Below are positions 58,169 to 64,000 of a stretch of 64,000 nt of DNA, piece by piece; position 1 is the stretch's first letter; the number at the start of each line of letters is the position of its first letter. The DNA lies in the NCBI GenBank assembly GCA_964427155.1, contig CAYRSC010000018.1:12819-76818 (forward strand), in the 5' to 3' direction. Made by a program: the position numbers and the translations under genes. Under the pieces are notes generated by a model that made no database searches, was not told where the DNA came from, and saw nothing but the letters and a program-made list of their open reading frames with translations. This DNA is from an uncultured Desulfohalobiaceae bacterium. GTDB taxonomy: Bacteria > Desulfobacterota > Desulfovibrionia > Desulfovibrionales > Desulfothermaceae.

Positions 58169-59002
58169 TTAAAGTATCTTCCAGGTAAGGGCACGGGCCT
58201 TTCCTGTAAGGGAAAAGGAAATGGATTCATGGCCCTGGCGAAGCTCTCCAGTTAGATATAGCCGAGAAGTATATAGGGGATGGCAAAGGATTATCCTCCC
58301 CTTTAACACAACTCCCTTCTTACCATACACAGAATTCATTTCCACCTTCTCTAAAAATAGCCTCTGACTCCCCTCAAGTATAAGATGTGCCTTTGTGGAA
58401 AACTCCCCATTTATGGACCTAAATGCATAGATATTGGACCTTAATCTAACACCTCTGACATCCAAAAGGATGTCCTCCTTGCCCCCTCCCCTCCCCTGCA
58501 GATGGGAGATGGAGACCTTACCACTGAGATATCCCTCAATACTTCCAGAGGGGAACAAAATCCGCGGGAGATGAAACCCATTGAGGAAGATATGGGCCTT
58601 GTGTATGTATGGGATGGAGGTTATTCCCCCTATGGATAGGGACCCAGAGATAACTGTCTTTCTATCTTTAATGACCTTTAAGGAGAGGGAGGGCCCATTT
58701 AAAATACTCTTTAAGATAAGAGGTGTTGCTATTACAGACCCCATATAAAGATGCATGGAACTCTTTCTTCCATTGTCTCTCCTCAAGTTATAATCCAGTG
58801 TAACCCCGCTACATCTTATGGAAGATAGCTTATATAGGGAGACGTTTTGTAACCTGAGATAAAAAAAAGGAGGATAGCTGCATTTATACTGAATAAAATC
58901 CTTTAAAGAATCAAATGGGAAATTATATAATATCCTTCCCACCAGGATTGAGAAAAAATATATGATGGCTCCAAGATATAAAAGTATCTTCTTCTTATTC
59001 AT
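58169..59002 (-). CDS. gspN: Type II secretion system protein N-like (last gene of the gsp operon)
   Basis: 277 aa with a single N-terminal TM helix. Its position after the gspM-like gene matches gspC-N order. The call rests on position, not sequence. Confidence 0.45.
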   Translation of the reverse strand: MNKKKILLYLGAIIYFFSILVGRILYNFPFDSLKDFIQYKCSYPPFFYLRLQNVSLYKLSSIRCSGVTLDYNLRRDNGRKSSMHLYMGSVIATPLILKSILNGPSLSLKVIKDRKTVISGSLSIGGITSIPYIHKAHIFLNGFHLPRILFPSGSIEGYLSGKVSISHLQGRGGGKEDILLDVRGVRLRSNIYAFRSINGEFSTKAHLILEGSQRLFLEKVEMNSVYGKKGVVLKGRIILCHPLYTSRLYLTGELRQGHESISFSLTGKARALTWKIL

Positions 59003-59555
59003 GGCTAGATGTGACCTTTTTGGTATAAGAGATTATCAACTTAATATCCAGGTTTCCATTTTTGTCAGGGTAATTTATAAGATTAAATTCCTCAATCCTC
59101 ACCCTGGGATTGGAATTTAGGGCATATAGGAGCCTTACAAGCTCTGAAAGATAGAGTCGCTTAAATCTTAACTCTGCAATGGACTGGACCACATTATTAT
59201 CCAGGGTCCGAGAAGAGGGTACAATGGAGACCAGTTTGTCCCTGAGTCCCTCTCTGGAAATTACCTTTTCTGCATATACAAACAGATTTTCCTCTCCTCC
59301 TGCTTGATTTCCCACCATGCCCTTTAACCTCTGCAGGGTCTGTTCAAGGGAAGAGAGCCTTACCAGAAGATGTTCATGTGTCTTTATCTCAGATAGGAGA
59401 AGTTTTCTTTCATGGGAAAAGGGAAGATATACCCCAACTACAAAGAGCACCACCAGAAAAAGACACAGGGACATCTTTAAGGCCACAGGAGATATATCCC
59501 TATCCCCTGGTATAATCTTCTTCCAGCTTTCTCTTATCCAAGATAAATTATACAT
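58995..59555 (-). CDS. gspM: Type II secretion system protein M-like
   Basis: 186 aa bitopic protein (TM: LCLFLVVLFVVGVYLPF) directly after the gspL-like gene. Confidence 0.55.
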   Translation of the reverse strand: MYNLSWIRESWKKIIPGDRDISPVALKMSLCLFLVVLFVVGVYLPFSHERKLLLSEIKTHEHLLVRLSSLEQTLQRLKGMVGNQAGGEENLFVYAEKVISREGLRDKLVSIVPSSRTLDNNVVQSIAELRFKRLYLSELVRLLYALNSNPRVRIEEFNLINYPDKNGNLDIKLIISYTKKVTSSHE

Positions 59556-59572
59556 TACAACTCTTATTGGGT

Positions 59573-60949
59573 TTACAATGTTATATCCAAAGAAAATTCT
59601 ACCTTAGATTTTTCAGAATTCCATGCTGCCCGTTTAAGCTGAACCTTTTTAAAGTATCTGCTATCCACAAGCATCTGTCTTATCTTCCCCACATCCTCAA
59701 ATGAATGCGCAATTCCCGCAAGATGCAGGGAGCCTCCAGCATAGTACATCCTCATAATTGTAACGTCTATGTCTTTTGGAATCACCCTACTTATCTTCTC
59801 CAGTACATCCAAAACATGGACATTTCCCCCCGAATGTGAGACCCTGAGATGGGATTGCATCTCTTCTATCTTCTGTCTAAAGATACTTGGATATTGTATG
59901 GGCTGAAGAGGGGAGTTTATATCTGGGAAGTTTTTCCTGAATATCCTTTCAATCTCCTGCCTTATCTCTAAGTCCTGTTTTTTTAAAAAATAGGTAGATG
60001 TTAAAAATTGCATGGTGAATAAGAGACACACCGTGAGGATGGAAACCACAATGGTCCTGAAGTTCTCCTCAAAAAAAGAGGTAAAAGGGTTCATCTCCCT
60101 TGTCTCTGCAAAGTCTGGAAGCCCTCTGCCATCCAGGGAAGAGGCCACAAGGGGTACAAGGTCCTCCATTTTCTCCCCGCAATTTTCTTCTAAAGAAATC
60201 ACATCCAGCTCCTCAAGGCCCTTGTTGTCTATCTTCCCTTCTTTTCCTGCAACTATTACCTTTGTTGGCAGAACCACATCAGGGAGGAGATGGGAAAAAA
60301 AGCCATCCACCCTCCCAAGGTCCAGGAGAAGAGGAGTATTTTTAGGGGAATGGGGGAGCCTTGCATATACAAGGCCCTCACCCCATGGGAACACTACCTT
60401 TACCCCTGAGGGAGATGGGGTCACCAGCAAAAAATCCTCTCCATATAACCCCTTCAAATAATTGGCTACAACCAGGGCATCCACTGTAATCACATGGGGA
60501 GAGATATTATTTTCCTCAAGGATAGAGAGTATCTTTGAGATCTCTTCATGAGAGATAGCCACGGCCATTATGCGAGAGTGTCCCTTTGACCTCTGGAGAA
60601 ACATAAACCTGCATACTATATCATCCCCTTTTAGGGGCAAACGAGACCTCATTTCCATGGGAAGGGTCTGAAGGATCTGCTCCCTCCTTGAAAAGGGAAG
60701 GAGGAGATAACGAAAAAAGAAATATTCATCAGAGAGCACCAGGATACATCTTTGATATTCTATCTCCCTTTCCCTGAGCTGAGTTAAAAAGAGGGAGACA
60801 CTGGCAGATATATCCTCCTCCAGGGGAAAGGATGCACGCTCCAGGACATGGGGCCCTTCCGCCCCCCTATTAACCACCAGGAGGTGGAGATGAGTCCTGG
60901 TGATGTAGAGAGAAAGTATGTTTTGCATCTCCTTAAAATATCTGAACAA
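59573..60949 (-). CDS. gspL: Type II secretion system protein L-like (PilM-like cytoplasmic domain, TM, periplasmic domain)
   Basis: 458 aa with a central TM helix (IVVSILTVCLLFTMQFL). Sits between the gspK and gspM positions. Confidence 0.6.
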   Translation of the reverse strand: MFRYFKEMQNILSLYITRTHLHLLVVNRGAEGPHVLERASFPLEEDISASVSLFLTQLREREIEYQRCILVLSDEYFFFRYLLLPFSRREQILQTLPMEMRSRLPLKGDDIVCRFMFLQRSKGHSRIMAVAISHEEISKILSILEENNISPHVITVDALVVANYLKGLYGEDFLLVTPSPSGVKVVFPWGEGLVYARLPHSPKNTPLLLDLGRVDGFFSHLLPDVVLPTKVIVAGKEGKIDNKGLEELDVISLEENCGEKMEDLVPLVASSLDGRGLPDFAETREMNPFTSFFEENFRTIVVSILTVCLLFTMQFLTSTYFLKKQDLEIRQEIERIFRKNFPDINSPLQPIQYPSIFRQKIEEMQSHLRVSHSGGNVHVLDVLEKISRVIPKDIDVTIMRMYYAGGSLHLAGIAHSFEDVGKIRQMLVDSRYFKKVQLKRAAWNSEKSKVEFSLDITL

Positions 60950-61907
60950 AGAGGGTTTTTATCTTCAGGTCCTTTCTTTTGACATATTCTACTATGGTGC
61001 AGTTGCTACTACCACTTATACCTGTTGATACTATCTTAAAGTAAGAGGAAGAGGTGGTAATGATCCCCTGGGGAAGATTCAGGTCCTCAAATTCAGGTAG
61101 AGCCACATAGATCCAGTTGGTAGAGGAAAGCATCTCTCTGTGAAATTTATCCCTCCTGTAGTTATCCACACTCTGGGCAAAATCTTCCGCAAGGTCCATA
61201 TCATGTTCCTCTATATCTGCCATGGCCCTTAGCACCACCTTGGGACAGGTATTTATATTGATCAGACCCCTATCTGAATATACTGTTAAGATATCCCTTA
61301 GCCCAAGGGAGCCATTTACTCCAAAATACAGCCTCCTGGAGATCCCCGGGATGAGAAGGAGCTCTCCCAAACAGGTAAGGGGGGCATCTTTGGGACGATA
61401 ATCCTCCCCCACCCAGGGAGGGGGTATCCACCTATAGTTCCTGCTGTCTATCCAATTCCTTATCCCCCCAACTATACTTTCCGCCTTCTCCTCAGAGAGG
61501 TCAAAGGGGGGAGACATGAGCAGGTCCTTTAACATCTTTGCATATACCCTCCCCTTCTTTCCATCAACCAGATAATTCACAGGGATCTTAGAGGCCTCGT
61601 CCTCTATGCTTATACGTACATAATTGGAATCCATCCCAGGGGGAAGGGGGAGGTTTCCCCTTGAGAGCTGTGCCCATATATCCAGAAGGGAATCATAGTT
61701 ATTGAGCCTTTCATCCATAATGAGAATGAGCTTTGCGTATGAGATCCCTGATAGGGCCCTGTGTTTTGCAATAAAATATCCCTTCATCCTCAGGGCAATG
61801 TTGGAATCAATATTAACCATCCTAAAACCTTCATAAACCACTATCACCACTGATGCAATCAGGATAAGTACTATAAGGAGGACACTGCCCTTTTCCCTCA
61901 TAACCAT
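60933..61907 (-). CDS. gspK: Type II secretion system minor pseudopilin GspK
   Basis: N-terminal GSVLLIVLILIASVV, no prepilin Phe/Glu5 pattern, and an ININTCP motif typical of GspK. Confidence 0.7.
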   Translation of the reverse strand: MVMREKGSVLLIVLILIASVVIVVYEGFRMVNIDSNIALRMKGYFIAKHRALSGISYAKLILIMDERLNNYDSLLDIWAQLSRGNLPLPPGMDSNYVRISIEDEASKIPVNYLVDGKKGRVYAKMLKDLLMSPPFDLSEEKAESIVGGIRNWIDSRNYRWIPPPWVGEDYRPKDAPLTCLGELLLIPGISRRLYFGVNGSLGLRDILTVYSDRGLININTCPKVVLRAMADIEEHDMDLAEDFAQSVDNYRRDKFHREMLSSTNWIYVALPEFEDLNLPQGIITTSSSYFKIVSTGISGSSNCTIVEYVKRKDLKIKTLFVQIF

Positions 61908-61910
61908 TAA

Positions 61911-62552
61911 TCACTTATTAGTTATGTAAAAGAGGTGATGAAAGGAATAGGAGCTATCCCTCCTCTTAAACTCCATCTTCATATCCACCAGAGCAGGGAG
62001 GGAATACCTCTGCCTGGTGCTGTTCCAACAAGAATAAGAGGTTCCATTTTCATTAATAAAATCCAGATGTAACTTATGAATATATCTAGCAACCTCAACA
62101 ATGCTCTTATGGGCCTGTAAGTGGTCTATATCTGCATGAGTCTCCTGGATGCGGAAGAGGGAATAAGAATTCCCCTCCCTTTTAATTACATAAGATATCC
62201 TGTTTATCTCCATGGGCACAGGCCCTGGCCTGAAGAAAAGGCCATGGGAGGAAAAAAAACTCAATAGAACACCTCCTTCTTCGCCTACAGCATCCAGATT
62301 ACTCCCCCAAAAGAGATATCTGTCCTTTTTACCTCTGGAAGGACGCCTGTAAAATACACAGGTCAGGTCCTTATCCATGGTAATGGTAAGCAGTCTATCT
62401 GTTATGCCCATTTCCCTCTCCTGGTTTATTGCCTCTATGGCATCAACCACCTGCTTAAAGGCCCCATATAAGATTACCAAGAGGATAGAAGTAACAGTAA
62501 GTGCTACCAGTATCTCTATAAGGGTAAATCCTTTGCCCCTCCCAACACACAC
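61911..62552 (-). CDS. gspJ: Type II secretion system minor pseudopilin GspJ
   Basis: Prepilin N-terminus [15 protein letters not shown]. Size and order fit gspJ. Confidence 0.7.
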   Translation of the reverse strand: MCVGRGKGFTLIEILVALTVTSILLVILYGAFKQVVDAIEAINQEREMGITDRLLTITMDKDLTCVFYRRPSRGKKDRYLFWGSNLDAVGEEGGVLLSFFSSHGLFFRPGPVPMEINRISYVIKREGNSYSLFRIQETHADIDHLQAHKSIVEVARYIHKLHLDFINENGTSYSCWNSTRQRYSLPALVDMKMEFKRRDSSYSFHHLFYITNK

Positions 62553-62565
62553 CCTTTTCCTCTCC

Positions 62566-62976
62566 TTATTGGAAGATGTCCCTCCATCTCATTTCCTTTA
62601 GTTTTTTTTCAGAAGGCAGTCTAATGATAGACTCACACAGGGATATATCTCTCTCATCAGACCTACTCCCAGTGATATCTATACAAACCCGCCTTATTAT
62701 ACCCCTGTAAAAGTCCTGGTATCTTATAGTCCAAAAAAAGGGCATATCCTTTACCTTTCCATGAAAAGAATATACATTGCGATTTTTCAGGCCATTAAAT
62801 CTATTTAATCTGGATTCTGCTATATGCACCAGTCTGGTCAGGTCCTTATCATAGGTATAAATTTGCTCTATCTTTAACACAGAAGCCATAATAGTTATCA
62901 TACTTATTGAAAGAACAGCCATTGCAATTAATATCTCAATCAAAGTAAATCCAGTATTTTTCCTGAGATAAGTCAT
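62566..62976 (-). CDS. gspI: Type II secretion system minor pseudopilin GspI
   Basis: Prepilin N-terminus NTGFTLIEILIAMAV. 136 aa. Confidence 0.7.
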   Translation of the reverse strand: MTYLRKNTGFTLIEILIAMAVLSISMITIMASVLKIEQIYTYDKDLTRLVHIAESRLNRFNGLKNRNVYSFHGKVKDMPFFWTIRYQDFYRGIIRRVCIDITGSRSDERDISLCESIIRLPSEKKLKEMRWRDIFQ

Positions 62977-63476
62977 GACATACTATTTAGGAGTATAAAA
63001 GGATGAACAGTTATGGAAATTTCTCTGTTAAATCTATCCCTTAACGTCAGTTTAAAAGGGGTCATTATGCCGTCTGGAAGCGCCCATATCCTTATAATAC
63101 CATCTCTGTCCTTACCACATTTTTCTTTCTCAACCCTCTTCAATGTCTTTATGGAAAGGTGCATCCCCTCTATTTTAAGGGACCTCATCTTTTTTTTACA
63201 TGAAAAACAAGAATATAATATCTCGTCTTTTTCTGGATTAAATTCCATTACTGCAGGAGACCGTCTCTCTATAGCAGAGGCCCTTACCTCCTCTATGAGG
63301 AGGGATACCCTCCGTGCCTCTGACCTCAGATTGGTGGCAAACAGGATATTCAGGGCCCTGGGAACTACTATCACCACCATAATGGAGAGGATTACAAGGA
63401 CCACCATTAGTTCCAGGAGGGTAAATCCATCCCCCCTTCTCCACCTACTCCAGTTCCCAGCTCTTGATATCTGCAT
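62973..63476 (-). CDS. gspH: Type II secretion system minor pseudopilin GspH
   Basis: Prepilin N-terminus [16 protein letters not shown]. Start is taken at the ATG at 63476. Both candidate starts overlap the gspG 3-prime end. Confidence 0.7.
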   Translation of the reverse strand: MQISRAGNWSRWRRGDGFTLLELMVVLVILSIMVVIVVPRALNILFATNLRSEARRVSLLIEEVRASAIERRSPAVMEFNPEKDEILYSCFSCKKKMRSLKIEGMHLSIKTLKRVEKEKCGKDRDGIIRIWALPDGIMTPFKLTLRDRFNREISITVHPFILLNSMS

Positions 63477-63891
63477 CAAAACCACTCCCCCCTGGTTTTC
63501 CATCGGCTCCATAAGATATTATCTCAAAATCTGCATGTTCTCCAGGGCAGATATAGATGTATGGATTTCCCCACGGGTCCAGGGGCACCTTAGATATATA
63601 CCCATGGGGAGGATAGTGCTTGGGTATGCGTCCTGTAGTGGGCCTTCTTACCAGGGCCTGTAGTCCCTGTTGGGTGGAAGGATAGAACCCATTGTCCATC
63701 TTGAATTTCTTAAGGGCAATACACAGATTCTGTATCTGCATCTTGGCCTTCACCACCCTTGCCTTTTCAGGCTCATTCATTATTCGCGGGATAATAAGGC
63801 CCGCCAGGATACCCAGTATAACGATCACCACCATGATCTCAATAAGGGTAAACCCCTTCTCTGGTTTATATATCTTATATCCTCTCTCCAT
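63445..63891 (-). CDS. gspG: Type II secretion system major pseudopilin GspG
   Basis: [33 protein letters not shown] and [10 protein letters not shown] are hallmark GspG motifs. Confidence 0.9.
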   Translation of the reverse strand: MERGYKIYKPEKGFTLIEIMVVIVILGILAGLIIPRIMNEPEKARVVKAKMQIQNLCIALKKFKMDNGFYPSTQQGLQALVRRPTTGRIPKHYPPHGYISKVPLDPWGNPYIYICPGEHADFEIISYGADGKPGGSGFDADIKSWELE

Positions 63892-63920
63892 GACATCTCT
63901 CCTTAAGGTTTATCCACCCC

Positions 63921-64000
63921 CTATCTCACCAGCTGGCTCATCTCCAGGATTGGGAGGAGGATAGCAACCACAACAAACCCCACCACTATTCCCAGGGCCA
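63921..64000 (-). CDS. gspF: Type II secretion system inner-membrane platform protein GspF (3-prime end only; gene continues beyond the window)
   Basis: Hand translation of the minus strand gives ...ALGIVVGFVVVAILLPILEMSQLVR-stop, a typical GspF/PilC C-terminus. Confidence 0.6.
   Translation of the reverse strand, partial: ALGIVVGFVVVAILLPILEMSQLVR

Overview
This 64-kb window looks like densely packed core chromosome from a diderm (Gram-negative) bacterium. The frequent AGG/AGA/ATA codons and many FeS/radical-SAM enzymes suggest an anaerobe, possibly a thermophile. The taxon cannot be fixed from the sequence alone.

Gene blocks, left to right:
- Radical SAM, lptD, mutL, rsmJ, thiL, and a TrmO/class II aldolase fusion.
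- pyrC, pyrB and an Elp3-like radical SAM gene (minus strand).
- HIT protein, an IHF-like protein, rlpA.
- A RuvC-like ORF, a small unknown ORF, and tilS.
- cheY, cheX, uvrC, pcm and a sulfotransferase (minus strand).
- A Cache/HAMP/PAS chemoreceptor.
- A B12-type radical SAM gene, a MoxR ATPase, a VWA protein and a diguanylate cyclase.
- hup, rsmA and an EF-G paralog.
- A five-gene operon: two HgdAB-family subunits, an activase, an MBL hydrolase and a DtxR-type regulator.
- A CHASE4 hybrid histidine kinase.
- An ABC ATPase plus a duplicated permease.
- tRNA-Met(CAT) followed by tmRNA.
- ArsR.
- A 13-kb nitrogen-assimilation cluster: amt, nadE, glnB, glnA, glnE and a three-gene split glutamate synthase.
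- lptF and lptG.
- A type II secretion operon, gspF (partial) through gspN.

I found no CRISPR array, IS element, integrase, prophage or recognisable defence gene. I also see no clear-cut novel system.

The best leads are:
- the substrate-orphan HgdAB/activase/MBL/DtxR operon;
- the TrmO-aldolase fusion;
- a structured 340-bp leader or sRNA region upstream of the rSAM-MoxR-VWA genes;
- a palindromic motif (GTACA-N4-TGTAC-like) shared by the amt and glnA upstream regions, next to -24/-12-type promoter elements;
- two strong-RBS small ORFs below the ORF-track length cutoff.

All functional calls rest on motif and family recognition by eye. No database search was run.
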